Below are positions 46,701-55,258 of a stretch of 64,000 bases of DNA, piece after piece. The notes beneath the pieces are model-generated. The model saw nothing but the letters and a program-made list of their open reading frames with translations, did no database searches and was not told the DNA's origin. A program made the translations under genes and the position numbers. The DNA lies in assembly GCA_002290555.1 (NCBI GenBank), contig NEUK01000060.1, positions 2,225 to 66,224 of the forward strand, read 5' to 3'. The first letter of the stretch is position 1. Each line of letters starts with the position of its first letter. The DNA is from Spartobacteria bacterium AMD-G4 (lineage in GTDB: Bacteria > Verrucomicrobiota > Verrucomicrobiia > Chthoniobacterales > Terrimicrobiaceae).

Positions 46701-46860
46701 CATCGGCGCCGACATAAGTGGTCGTCACCTGAATTTGCGGAGGGACGATATTCGGATACTGCGCAACGGGAAGACTCGCCATGGAGACGAGGCCGACAAT
46801 GACGGTGATGATGGCGATAACCATCGCCACAATCGGCCTGCGGATGAAAAAATTCGACAT
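43711..46860 (-). CDS. RND efflux transporter, inner-membrane permease (AcrB/HAE1-like)
   Basis: 1049 aa. MSNFFIRRPIVAMVIAIITVIVGLVSMASLPVAQYPNIVPPQIQVTTTYVGADA...GLVVDDAIVVVE... Confidence 0.96.
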   Translation of the reverse strand: MSNFFIRRPIVAMVIAIITVIVGLVSMASLPVAQYPNIVPPQIQVTTTYVGADALTVEQSVATPIEQQMSGVEGMEYMYSINANSGIMNLNVIFGTDTEPTTDQILAQMRQTQAASQLPAEVKNYGVTVQQALSSPLGVFILSSPSGEFDPTFLANYAYININDPLTRIPGVGSVSIFGAGEYAMRIWVKPDRLATLNITVPEVIQAVSAQNKVNPAGQIGGEPVPQGQVFTFTVTTTGRLTTAEEFENIVVRANPDGSIVRIKDVARVELGGQVYNIRGRFQGQNAAIIAVYQLPGSNAVDTMKQMREFFEQQSKQFPAGLQYTVALDTTLAITDGIQEIIKTLFEAMALVILVVFIFLQGWRATLIPLIAVPVSLIGTFALFPMLGFSINTLSLFGMVLAIGLVVDDAIVVVEAIESHIEEGLSPRDAAFKAMSQVSGPVIAIALILAAVFIPTVFIPGITGAMYQQFAVTMAVSVLISAFNALSLSPALGALLLRPRKETRGPLGAFFRGFNKLFDTATNGYVAICRGLIRKIAIAILLLVALTLGAGGIGSTMPTAFIPEEDQGYLFGVVQLPRASSLQQTTEASERIEQLLLKTPGVQYVTSIIGFNLLSTVTSTYTGFFFITLEEWSKRKTPELQVGAIQANINKELAALANPTAAFAFPPPAIPGIGTAGGVTFMLEDRTGGPVEFIASNTQKFMTALKARPELTTLFTTSLWDVPQIHLSVDEAQAMIQGVNLTDAYQTVQTFLGGYFVNYFNRFGLQWQVYVQAEGEYRTDLDNLGMFYISNDKKEAVPVNSFITASESYGPEFTMRYNMFRASQINASVAPGYSTAQAMNAMEEVFRETMPSGMGYDYFGMSYQENLAAQGVPPSAIFALSLLFVFLILAAQYESWSLPFSVLFTTPVAVFGAFAGLSMRGMQNNLYAQIGLVMLIGLAAKNAILIVEFAKDEYEKGTPLFEATIAGARLRLRPILMTAFAFILGTIPLALASGSGAVSRQVLGTTVIGGMLAATFLSIFLIPACFYIVEKYFVGSDHKPAETPEPPAK

Positions 46861-46866
46861 GGCGTG

Positions 46867-48054
46867 TTACTTCGTGGTCTCGGGAGCAGGTGAGGTGGAG
46901 GGCTTGGCGGCCCCTGTGGCGGAAGCCGTTGGCATCTGGTAGGCGGAGGCGGACACCTTCATGCCTGGGCGGGCCTTTTCTATGCCTTCGACAACGACTT
47001 TTTCACCCGCTTGAAGGGAACCGGAAACAACGCGGAACTGGCCTTGGGGCGGGCCGAGTTTCACAAACACAGGCTTCACCGTGTCGTCGGGTTGAAGCAC
47101 CGAAACAAAATAGTTCCCCTGCATTTCCACCGTGGCTTTCTGTGGAACAAGAAGGGCTCCCTTGATTTCCTGGACTGGCGCGGTGATTTTGGCGAAGAGG
47201 CCCGGGCGCAGCACGCCATTGGGATTTGGGAAGATCGCCGTGATCTGGATGGCGCCGGTGGAGACATTGACCTGGCGATTGAAGAAGTCGAACTTGCCGA
47301 GTTCGGGGTAGCTGGAGCCATTTGCAAGCTGGAGCGAGAAGCGGGCTTTTTTTTCCTCCTCCGGCTGATTCTGAACGCGTTGGAGCAGCTCAACCGCGCC
47401 GAGGTATTCGGCCTCGGTGATGAAGAAATTCATCTTCATTGGATCAATCTGCGAGGCTTGGGTCAGACTGCTCACGCGTCCACCGGGGCCGACAAGGTCA
47501 CCGATCTGCGCTTGAGCAAGGCCGGCGACACCATCGAAAGGCGCACGGATCGTGCAGTAGTCCAGATTCACCTGCGCGGCCTGCATGGAGGCTTGGGAGG
47601 CGGCAACATTGGCCAGCGAGGCTTGGGTGTTTTGGTAGGATGTCTGGTATTCCTGCTCGCTGATGACCTTGGTTTGGTAGAGTTGGGTTTGCTTTTGCAG
47701 CGTGAGTTGCTGGAGCTGGGCCTTGGCAACGGAACTTGCGTAATCGGCCTCAGCCTGCGCAAAGGCGGCTTGGAATGGTCTCGGGTCGATGGTGAAAAGG
47801 ATGTCGCCTTTTTTGACCGCGGAGCCTTCCTTGTAGTTCTGGGTCAGAAGATAGCCGGTGACCTGTGCTTGGATGTTCGAATTCTGAAACCCATCGAGAA
47901 GGCCGACCCATTGATTGCTCACAATGACATCATTCTGGATGATTGGCGCCACGGTCACTGGGACTGGCGGGGCCTCAACGGGGGCACTTTTTTTACAGGA
48001 GACAAAAAGACCTGTGGCCGCAAAAAAAACCACGGCGTAAATTCGGAACTTCAT
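46867..48054 (-). CDS. RND efflux periplasmic adaptor (membrane fusion protein), lipoprotein
   Basis: Lipobox-like GLFVSC. QVTGYLLTQNYKEGSAVKKGDILFTIDPRPFQAAFAQAEAD...LDYCTIRAPFDGVAG...LVPQKAT. Its stop lies 6 nt before the RND gene start. Confidence 0.93.
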   Translation of the reverse strand: MKFRIYAVVFFAATGLFVSCKKSAPVEAPPVPVTVAPIIQNDVIVSNQWVGLLDGFQNSNIQAQVTGYLLTQNYKEGSAVKKGDILFTIDPRPFQAAFAQAEADYASSVAKAQLQQLTLQKQTQLYQTKVISEQEYQTSYQNTQASLANVAASQASMQAAQVNLDYCTIRAPFDGVAGLAQAQIGDLVGPGGRVSSLTQASQIDPMKMNFFITEAEYLGAVELLQRVQNQPEEEKKARFSLQLANGSSYPELGKFDFFNRQVNVSTGAIQITAIFPNPNGVLRPGLFAKITAPVQEIKGALLVPQKATVEMQGNYFVSVLQPDDTVKPVFVKLGPPQGQFRVVSGSLQAGEKVVVEGIEKARPGMKVSASAYQMPTASATGAAKPSTSPAPETTK

Positions 48055-48107
48055 GCCCGCACTGCGTAGCGGGAAGCCTGCGGGAGAGCGAGGATTTTGT
48101 TTTCCGG

Positions 48108-48809
48108 CTACTCTTCGTCCTTCGGCCCGATCGTGCGCTCGCCGACGAGGAATTCCTGCACCGAGCCGACCGTGCGCAGCGTGGTGTCACCGACCTTGCG
48201 GGCGGTGGATTCCGTAAATTCTGCGATTTTTCCAAGGAGGCCGCCTGCTTTTTTGCTCGGAGATTTTTTCAAAGGCGAGCCGTCCGGCATTTGAAGGGAC
48301 TCGACAATGGCGCCGCCCTCGGCGGAGACGCCCATGGTTCCGACAAGAGCCCCCAAGTCATCGTAGAGGCGAATAGTCCAAACGGGTTTGCGCGTGGAAG
48401 GATCCGTGCGCAGCGTGTAATCCAGCCACTGGAAAGCCACCCTCGCCTCATTGGCCTGCTCCCGCACCAATTGGAGAAGATTGCTCGAATCCAGCGACAC
48501 CTGCGATGTCTGGATCGCCGCCATCTCGGCCACATTCTGAAAGCCTTTCAGCGGCGTCCGCTCGGAGGTGATCGCTCCATTGGCGACACTCACCTCGCGC
48601 ACCCCGCCGCGCGCAGAGGGATCGGCGAGGAGGATTCGCCACTCGTCGGGCATCGGATCCGCCCGCTCGCCCCGGAGTTCCACAATTGTTGCGTCGGACG
48701 CGTAGGGTTGATTCGCCACGGTGCGCAGGGCAAGGATCGCAGAGCCTGCGGTCGCTGCGAAGACGGAGGTTGTCCACACGAGAAGAAGCAGAAGGACGGC
48801 CGGGATCAT
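48108..48809 (-). CDS. Hypothetical secreted protein upstream of the RND pair
   Basis: Signal peptide MIPAVLLLLLVWTTSVFAATAGSA. The rest shows two loosely similar beta/alpha halves. I recognise no family. Confidence 0.6.
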   Translation of the reverse strand: MIPAVLLLLLVWTTSVFAATAGSAILALRTVANQPYASDATIVELRGERADPMPDEWRILLADPSARGGVREVSVANGAITSERTPLKGFQNVAEMAAIQTSQVSLDSSNLLQLVREQANEARVAFQWLDYTLRTDPSTRKPVWTIRLYDDLGALVGTMGVSAEGGAIVESLQMPDGSPLKKSPSKKAGGLLGKIAEFTESTARKVGDTTLRTVGSVQEFLVGERTIGPKDEE

Positions 48810-48976
48810 GAGGGAAAGCTACCTGTGCAGATGCGGGATTCCAGAGCTTTTTTTAGAACGCTGAAGTATCCGTATTCCGTCGGGGGGGAGTGACAAGAGC
48901 GTGTCTATTGCCGGAAGGCTCCTTCCCGCTCTGCAGCGCTTGCCTCTTCGGTTGTGTGTAGCAAGAATGGTCGCCT

Positions 48977-49915
48977 GTGCTTGCTTACTACATTCATGAT
49001 CTCAGTCCCTTTTTGATTCAGTTCAGCGAGAGCTTTGGACTCCGGTGGTATGGTCTCGCCTACGTGCTGGCGTTTGCCTCCGCATATGGCATCTGCCTCC
49101 ATCTTGCCCGGCGGGGCTACAGCGATATTCCAGCCCGAGACATAGGCGACTTCATCACTGGCACGGCGCTTTTTGGGGTCATTCTGGGAGGGCGACTTGG
49201 GTATGTGCTTTTTTACGATTGGCAAAATTTTTTGGGAAATCCGCTGGTTTTTTTCAGATTCTGGGATGGTGGCATGTCGAGCCACGGAGGCATTTTGGGC
49301 ATAGTGATTTTCACTTGGATTTACTCACGGAGAAAAAAAATTCCTTGGCTGAATATTGGTGACAACACGGTGGTAGCGGCGCCTGTCGGCCTCTTCCTCG
49401 GGCGGTGTGCAAACTTCATCAATGGGGAACTTTACGGGCGCACGACATCAGTGCCTTGGGCGGTTCAATTTCCCAAAGAGCTTTACGACGCCCCACCAGA
49501 AATCACACGCCAAGTTTTGCTCGAGGCATCGCAGATTGATCCAGCTTTCAACAGCCTTCCCGCCGTGGTGGAGAATGCGGGAGCATCGCCGGAGCTGCAC
49601 GGGCTCCTGGCAAAAAGCATCGCGCCGCGACACCCGTCACAGATTTACGAGGCCCTTCTGGAAGGGGCAGTGCTGTTTGCTATTCTTTGGGTTCTGAGGA
49701 CGCGGTTTCGCCTGCCTGATGGCGTTCTGACAGGTGTGTTTTTCATCGGCTATGCGATTTTACGGATTACCGGAGAATTTTTTCGGGAGCCGGACGCCCC
49801 GCTTACGCTTATGCTCACCCGCGGGCAGTTCCTCTCGGTCTTCCTGATCGCCATTGGCGTGGCTTTTCTGGTGGCGGCAAGAATCCGGCCAACATGGGCG
49901 CTAAAATTCCGTTGA
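48977..49915 (+). CDS. lgt: Prolipoprotein diacylglyceryl transferase
   Basis: LRWYGLAYVLAFASAYGICLHLARR...GGRLGYVLFYD...FFRFWDGGMSSHGGILG...LGRCANFINGELYGR...RHPSQIYEALLEG. GTG start. Confidence 0.93.
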   Translation: MLAYYIHDLSPFLIQFSESFGLRWYGLAYVLAFASAYGICLHLARRGYSDIPARDIGDFITGTALFGVILGGRLGYVLFYDWQNFLGNPLVFFRFWDGGMSSHGGILGIVIFTWIYSRRKKIPWLNIGDNTVVAAPVGLFLGRCANFINGELYGRTTSVPWAVQFPKELYDAPPEITRQVLLEASQIDPAFNSLPAVVENAGASPELHGLLAKSIAPRHPSQIYEALLEGAVLFAILWVLRTRFRLPDGVLTGVFFIGYAILRITGEFFREPDAPLTLMLTRGQFLSVFLIAIGVAFLVAARIRPTWALKFR

Positions 49916-50874
49916 TGAAAAAAACCGCCCTTCTTGCGTTTGTAATCCTCCTCCTCACCGTCATGGTCCTGTCGCAAATTCCCGCCTTCCAATCGACGCC
50001 CCGTCCGGCGGCCTCCTTTGAGGAGGCTCTGACAAAATTTGAAGCGTTGCAGCGCGAAGAGGCGACCCTCCCCCTGCGACCGGAAGGAGCCAGTCGCCTT
50101 CTTCACCACGGCCAAAAAACGGAACGCGTCTTTGTGCTTCTGCATGGTCTCACAAACTGTCCGGAGCAATTTGTGCCGTTTGCCAAAATCCTTCACGCGA
50201 AAGGTGCAAATGTAGTGATTCCCCGCGCCCGTCTCGCGGGGTTCGCAGACCGGCTTAACAAGGATCAAGGGCACCAAACGGCACAGGACTTGATCGATCA
50301 GGCTGCCACCGGCCTCGATATCGCGAGTGGGCTTGGCGACAGGATCACGCTTATCGGCCTCTCGGGCAGCGCGGTGGCGGCGGGGTGGATGGCACAAAAC
50401 CGCGAGGGCATTTACGATGCCATGCTCATAGCGCCTTTTTTTGGCATGTTTGGAGTTTCGCCTGCTGTTACCGATGCGGCAGCAGCAACGCTTTTGAAGC
50501 TGCCCAATTTTTACCAATGGTGGGATCCCTCGAAAAAAGAGACCCTGGCGGGCCCGATCTATGCCTATCCTCGCTTTGGAACACATTGCATGGCGGACAC
50601 GATCCAGCTTTCGCGGGCTGTGCGGAAGAATCTCAAGGAGCGCCCCGTTTTCGCCAAGCGGCTCGTTTTTCTAACCACGGCGAGCGACCGAGCGGCCAAT
50701 AATCTGCTGACCAACGAAATCTCGGAGCAACTAAAAACCCGAGAGGGAACGAGGGTGATCACCTACGAATTCCCGGAGTCGCTCGGCATACCGCATGACA
50801 TGATCGACCCAGCGCAACCACATGCAAACACGCCCCTGAGCTACTCAAAAATTCTCGAGCTCGTTGAAATATAG
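49915..50874 (+). CDS. Alpha/beta-fold hydrolase (secreted or membrane-anchored)
   Basis: From the ATG at 49915 (overlapping the lgt stop): MKKTALLAFVILLLTVMVLSQ. Then VFVLLHGLTNCPEQF and the nucleophile elbow LIGLSGSAVAAGW. Confidence 0.8.
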   Translation: MKKTALLAFVILLLTVMVLSQIPAFQSTPRPAASFEEALTKFEALQREEATLPLRPEGASRLLHHGQKTERVFVLLHGLTNCPEQFVPFAKILHAKGANVVIPRARLAGFADRLNKDQGHQTAQDLIDQAATGLDIASGLGDRITLIGLSGSAVAAGWMAQNREGIYDAMLIAPFFGMFGVSPAVTDAAAATLLKLPNFYQWWDPSKKETLAGPIYAYPRFGTHCMADTIQLSRAVRKNLKERPVFAKRLVFLTTASDRAANNLLTNEISEQLKTREGTRVITYEFPESLGIPHDMIDPAQPHANTPLSYSKILELVEI

Positions 50875-50943
50875 TTGTGCCAAATCCAGTGGTGGGCGGA
50901 TTTTTGCTGGAATGAAGGCGCTGGCGGTCGCAATGTGGAGTCT

Positions 50944-51297
50944 ATGCAAATTCACATCACTCCGCGAAACATTACCCTCACCGGCGCCATTCATGAATTT
51001 GTGGCCGAGAAAATCAGCCACCTCGAGGGTCATGGTGAAACGATTCTCGCCGCACATATCGTTCTTCTACACAACCACGACAGAAAGAAGCCTTACATCG
51101 TGAAGGTTCACCTTGCACTGAGCGGCCCCGATATTCATGCGGAAGACGCCGAAGCCGATCTCTATGTGGCGATCGACAAGGTCATCGACAAGCTCTCGCG
51201 TCAAATCAGCAAACTCAAAACCAAGAAAAAAGAGCACGACAAGCACCGCATCCAACAAAACCGCGAGGCGGAAAAACGCGGCTACAAGCGACCCTAA
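50944..51297 (+). CDS. hpf: Ribosome hibernation promoting factor (short HPF/RaiA type)
   Basis: From the ATG at 50944: MQIHITPRNITLTGAIHEFVAEKISHLEGHGETILAAHIVLL...YIVKVHLALSGPDIHAEDAEADLYVAIDKVIDKLSRQISKLK. Confidence 0.9.
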   Translation: MQIHITPRNITLTGAIHEFVAEKISHLEGHGETILAAHIVLLHNHDRKKPYIVKVHLALSGPDIHAEDAEADLYVAIDKVIDKLSRQISKLKTKKKEHDKHRIQQNREAEKRGYKRP

Positions 51298-51303
51298 GCT
51301 CGC

Positions 51304-52050
51304 GTGGAGGACTACAAGGTCAAACTCGATGTGTTCGAGGGTCCGCTCGATCTGTTGCTCTACCTCATCAAACGCGATGAGGTGGACATCTACGATATTT
51401 CGATCGAGCGGATCACCAAGCAATACATGGCCTACATTGAAGCCTTTCAGGTCCTGAACATCGAGCTGGCCGGCGAGTTCATTGTCATGGCTGCAAACCT
51501 CCTCTACATCAAAAGCCGGACGCTCCTCCCAGTGGATCAGCAGATGGCAGAGGAGGACGCCGAGGAGGATGATCCTCGCTTCGAGCTTATTCGACAGCTC
51601 ATCGAATACAAAAAGTTCAAAGAGGCGGCGGGACTTCTGCGCGATAACGAAACGGCTCAGTTGAACCTTTTTGCGCGTGTGCCCGTGACGCCGGATCTCG
51701 CCCCTTCCGAGAATCTCCTTGTGGAGGAGGTGGGGATTTTCGACCTCATCCATGCTTTTCAAAAAATCCTCAAGCGACTTGAAAAAAAGCCCGAAGACCT
51801 GCGTGAAATTTTTGCCGAGAATTTCACGGTTTCCGATAAAATTGAACTTGTCCTGCGCATCATGCAGGAAGGCATTCCTATCCGGTTTGAAGAACTCTTT
51901 GCTGATGCCGCCAGCCGCACGGAGATCGTAGTGACATTCCTTGCCATGCTGGAGCTCATAAGGCTCAAACAACTCCGCGTGCGTCAGGAGGCGGTTTGTG
52001 GTGAGATCTGGATTGATCGCGTGAGCAATACCCGCCCCGCTTTTGTATGA
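51304..52050 (+). CDS. scpA: Segregation and condensation protein A
   Basis: FEGPLDLLLYLIKRDEVDIYDISIERITKQYMAYIEAFQVLNIELAGEFIVMAANLLYIKSRTLLP. GTG start. Confidence 0.94.
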   Translation: MEDYKVKLDVFEGPLDLLLYLIKRDEVDIYDISIERITKQYMAYIEAFQVLNIELAGEFIVMAANLLYIKSRTLLPVDQQMAEEDAEEDDPRFELIRQLIEYKKFKEAAGLLRDNETAQLNLFARVPVTPDLAPSENLLVEEVGIFDLIHAFQKILKRLEKKPEDLREIFAENFTVSDKIELVLRIMQEGIPIRFEELFADAASRTEIVVTFLAMLELIRLKQLRVRQEAVCGEIWIDRVSNTRPAFV

Positions 52051-52793
52051 GTGAAGAACCCCCGACACCTGAATCCCAGTTCCCGCTCCACCGCATCATC
52101 GAGGCCGTCCTCTTTGCCTCTCAAAAACCCGTCTCCGCGAAAGAACTCACAGCCATTTTCAAAGGTGCTGCCGAGACGGGGAAGGACAAGCCAGAGGTAG
52201 CAGTCTTTGCCAAACTGAAGGCCGCCCAGATTCAGGAGGCGATTCAAAAGCTCGAACTCGAATATGCAGAAACCGGCCGTTCTTTTGAGGTGAGAGAGAG
52301 CGCCGCCGGCTGGCAACTCGTGACACGCGCTGACTTCGCACCTTGGCTGCGCCAGCTTTTTCCGGAGAACCGACAAGCCCGATTGAGCGCCCCGGCGATG
52401 GAAACGCTGGCTATTATCGCCTATCGGCAACCCATCACTCGCGCCGATATGGAAGCCGTGCGTGGCGTCGCAGTGGATGGTGTGCTCCAGACCCTGCTCG
52501 ACCGGAATCTGGTGAGGATTGCGGGACGCTCTGAGATCGCCGGACGCCCGCTTCTTTACGAGACCACCCAGTATTTCATGGATCATTTCGGATTGAAGAA
52601 TCTGGACGATCTTCCAAATGCCTCGGAACTCCGTCGTGTGGCACTCCCCAAAGCTGCCCCGCCTGAGGCAGTGCCTGGGCAATCCGACCTGGCGGCTGAG
52701 GAAAAAAAGACGGAACCAGCAGCCAGCGATTCACAACCCGCCGAGCCTCCACAGCCTGAAGAATCCGTAATCCAAGAGGAACCCCAGCCATGA
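52047..52793 (+). CDS. scpB: Segregation and condensation protein B (with an acidic, Pro-rich tail)
   Basis: IIEAVLFASQKPVSAKEL...GWQLVTRADFAPWL...LSAPAMETLAIIAYRQPITRADMEAVRGVAVDGVLQTLLDRNLVRIAGRSEIAGRPLLYETT. The ATGA start overlaps the scpA stop. Confidence 0.94.
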   Translation: MSEEPPTPESQFPLHRIIEAVLFASQKPVSAKELTAIFKGAAETGKDKPEVAVFAKLKAAQIQEAIQKLELEYAETGRSFEVRESAAGWQLVTRADFAPWLRQLFPENRQARLSAPAMETLAIIAYRQPITRADMEAVRGVAVDGVLQTLLDRNLVRIAGRSEIAGRPLLYETTQYFMDHFGLKNLDDLPNASELRRVALPKAAPPEAVPGQSDLAAEEKKTEPAASDSQPAEPPQPEESVIQEEPQP

Positions 52794-53623
52794 GCGATCT
52801 CGGAGAACTTCGCCAGCGCATCGACTCTCTCGATACCGAGTTGCTACGGCTTCTCAACGAGCGGGCCACTTTGGCAAAAGCGATCGGCGTCATCAAAAAC
52901 CGCGCCTCGCTTCCCATCTACTCGCCGGACCGGGAGATGAAACTTCTCAGGAGTCTGGTCGAGCGCAGTGAAGGTCCGCTACGCCCCGAATCCATCCGCG
53001 CTATTTACCGTGAAATCATGTCGGCCTCATTGGCTTTAGAAAACGACATCATTATCGCATGCCTCGGCCCTTCCGGCAGCTCGACACACCAGACTGCCAT
53101 TGCCAAATTCGGCTCCAGTGTCCGTTATACGACCCCAGTTTCAACCGCCGAGGTTCTTGAGCAAGTCAGCGCCAAAAAGGCCGACTGCGGAGTGATTCCC
53201 CTCGAGGATCCCGTTCATGGGTTCATGAATTCCACGCTGGACGAACTCGCGTGCACCGAACTTTCGATCTGTGCGGAAATCCTTCCCGAGGTGGATAATC
53301 AAAATCCGGTCACGAGGATACGCCATATCATTCTCGGCCATCAAATCAACGCGCCTACGGGAAGCGATCAGACCCTCATCATGCTTGGCATTGAAAACAA
53401 ACCCGGCTCGCTGGTTTCCGCGCTGGAGCCCTTTCGGCAAATGCAAGTCAACCTGGCCCACTTTGCGAGCCGCCCGTCCCTGGAAGACAGCGCCGACATG
53501 TTCTTTTTCGTGCAGACCGACGGCCACACCCGGGATTTGGAAGCCGTCGGCCTCCTTGAAGCACTCGCCAAAAGCTGCCGCTTGGTGAAAATTCTTGGGA
53601 GCTACCCGAAACCAGAACTTTGA
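52790..53623 (+). CDS. pheA: Chorismate mutase / prephenate dehydratase-like protein (unusually short, 277 aa)
   Basis: CM domain: LRQRIDSLDTELLRLLNERATLAKAIGVIK...IYSPDREMKLL. PDT start: IACLGPSGSSTHQTA...CGVIPLEDPVHG. ACT-like end: LIMLGIENKPGSLVSALEPFRQMQVNLAHFASRP...FFFVQTDGH. The middle of the PDT domain appears to be missing (see findings). Confidence 0.8.
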   Translation: MSDLGELRQRIDSLDTELLRLLNERATLAKAIGVIKNRASLPIYSPDREMKLLRSLVERSEGPLRPESIRAIYREIMSASLALENDIIIACLGPSGSSTHQTAIAKFGSSVRYTTPVSTAEVLEQVSAKKADCGVIPLEDPVHGFMNSTLDELACTELSICAEILPEVDNQNPVTRIRHIILGHQINAPTGSDQTLIMLGIENKPGSLVSALEPFRQMQVNLAHFASRPSLEDSADMFFFVQTDGHTRDLEAVGLLEALAKSCRLVKILGSYPKPEL

Positions 53624-54438
53624 AAACGATTCTTGACACAATTCTTGAAGATGTTCGCCGCGAAGTCGCAGAAGCAAAAAAAACGACACCTCTCGGCGAG
53701 ATTCAAGCCCGCCTCGCCGATGCACCGCCGGCCCGTGATTTCGTAGCTGCTCTTTCCAGCGACTTCGGCCTCATTGCCGAGATCAAAGAACGCTCGCCCA
53801 GCGTAGGCCCGATGCGCATTGAAAATGTCCACGCCGCTGTTGATGCCTACGCGGCTTCTCCGATTGTGAGAGCCGTTTCCGTCCTGACCAACCAGACACA
53901 CTTTGGGATGGATATCCACCGGCTTGGCGAGATTCGGAAACAAGTCCCCCAGCCCGTCCTACGGAAGGATTTTTTTGTGGAGGAGTATCAGGTTTATGAA
54001 GCCCGCGCCTTCGGAGCGGATGCCATTCTCCTGATGGCCAATGTGCTCGATGCAGCGACTATGCGACACCTCCACCAAGTCGCACTTGAGCTTGGCATGG
54101 AGGCGCTCTTCGAAATTCATACGACGGAGGAAATCGCCTCGCTGCCCGCTGGCGTACGCGTTGTTGGAATCAACAGCCGGAAATTCAAAACCCAATCGGG
54201 TTTCGTTGCAGCTGGCCAATCCTCGGCCACCGACTTCAGCCTCGACCTCGGAGTTTTCGACCTCGTGAATCTCCTTCCCCCATCAGCCATTCGCGTGGCA
54301 GAGAGCGGAATTTCTCCGCACAACCTTTCCGCAGTTGCGTCAAATTTTCAAGCCGCACTTGTAGGCACATCGCTCCTCCGTGATGAGCGCGGTATCCACG
54401 CTTGCCTTCGTGATTTCGAGATGGCGTGTCGCTCATGA
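53620..54438 (+). CDS. trpC: Indole-3-glycerol phosphate synthase
   Basis: ILDTILEDVRREV...GLIAEIKERSPSVG...AVSVLTNQTHFGMDIHRLGEIRKQVPQPVLRKDFFVEEYQVYEARAFGADAILLM...LFEIH...VGINSR. The TTG start overlaps the pheA stop. Confidence 0.92.
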   Translation: MKTILDTILEDVRREVAEAKKTTPLGEIQARLADAPPARDFVAALSSDFGLIAEIKERSPSVGPMRIENVHAAVDAYAASPIVRAVSVLTNQTHFGMDIHRLGEIRKQVPQPVLRKDFFVEEYQVYEARAFGADAILLMANVLDAATMRHLHQVALELGMEALFEIHTTEEIASLPAGVRVVGINSRKFKTQSGFVAAGQSSATDFSLDLGVFDLVNLLPPSAIRVAESGISPHNLSAVASNFQAALVGTSLLRDERGIHACLRDFEMACRS

Positions 54439-54815
54439 AATCACAACCCAAAGCCCACCGCGCCAGCGGCCGTATTGTGACGCTTTTTCTGCTCGCCCTG
54501 TGCGTTGCAGCATTTCTTTCAACCGTTTGGAATTATTCACGCAACCATGCTTTTGCAAAGAACGCCTCGCTGGACTCGAATGGAATGCCCTCTGTATTGA
54601 CCGCATCATTCGATCCGAAATCAAAAATTCAAGCGGGCCAACGGGTCGTCATCCGAATCGACGGCGACACTAAGCAAGTCCGTGGAGGAGTCATCAAAAA
54701 CCTGACGCCTCAGGGTATTGCCACGATTGAAACTGACGAGCAAGCCAGAGCGCCGCTTCACTCCAAGGCCAGCGTCAGTATCGACGGAACGATGGCCCCC
54801 CAGACAATGCCTTGA
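54435..54815 (+). CDS. Hypothetical membrane-anchored small protein
   Basis: From the ATG at 54435 (ATGA overlap with the trpC stop): MKSQPKAHRASGRIVTLFLLALCVAAFLSTVW, followed by a beta-rich ~80 aa. I recognise no family. Confidence 0.55.
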   Translation: MKSQPKAHRASGRIVTLFLLALCVAAFLSTVWNYSRNHAFAKNASLDSNGMPSVLTASFDPKSKIQAGQRVVIRIDGDTKQVRGGVIKNLTPQGIATIETDEQARAPLHSKASVSIDGTMAPQTMP

Positions 54816-54919
54816 GCGTTTCTGAGCAAGCACGAATCATGCAAAAATGTCGTAATAAATTGATTGCCTTTTTGTCGTAAACGACTAAACATTCTTCCCT
54901 CAACTAAATCGCACACTAT

Positions 54920-55240
54920 ATGGCTAACCTCACAAAACGTGATCTGGTAATGCAGATCAGTAAGAAAACCGGACTCACTCAACAGGAAGTATTCAGCGTC
55001 ATCCAACTCACATTGGATGGTATCACAGACGCCCTATCTACAGGCCGCGATGTCGAGCTGCGCAACTTTGGCGTCTTCGAGGTTCGCCTCACGAAATCAC
55101 GCGTTGGTCGCAATCCGAACAAACCGGAAAACGACGTCGTTATTCCAGCCCGTGCGACAGTTAAGTTCAAATCTGGAAAGATCATGCGCCAGCGCGTGCT
55201 TCTCCGCACCGAAGAACTGCGCGGAAACCAAGGCGCTTAA
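54920..55240 (+). CDS. HU/IHF-family DNA-binding protein
   Basis: MANLTKRDLVMQISKKTGLTQQEVFSVIQLTLDGITDALSTGRDVELRNFGVFEVRLTKSRVGRNPNKPENDVVIPARATVKFKSGK. Confidence 0.92.
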   Translation: MANLTKRDLVMQISKKTGLTQQEVFSVIQLTLDGITDALSTGRDVELRNFGVFEVRLTKSRVGRNPNKPENDVVIPARATVKFKSGKIMRQRVLLRTEELRGNQGA

Positions 55241-55258
55241 GCCAGCCGATCACTACGG

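Noticed and set aside
47011-48069. 352-aa + strand ORF
   Set aside because: It is antisense to the RND adaptor (MFP) gene, which has clear family features.
51067-52068. 333-aa minus-strand ORF
   Set aside because: It is antisense to hpf and scpA, both of which have unmistakable conserved sequence.
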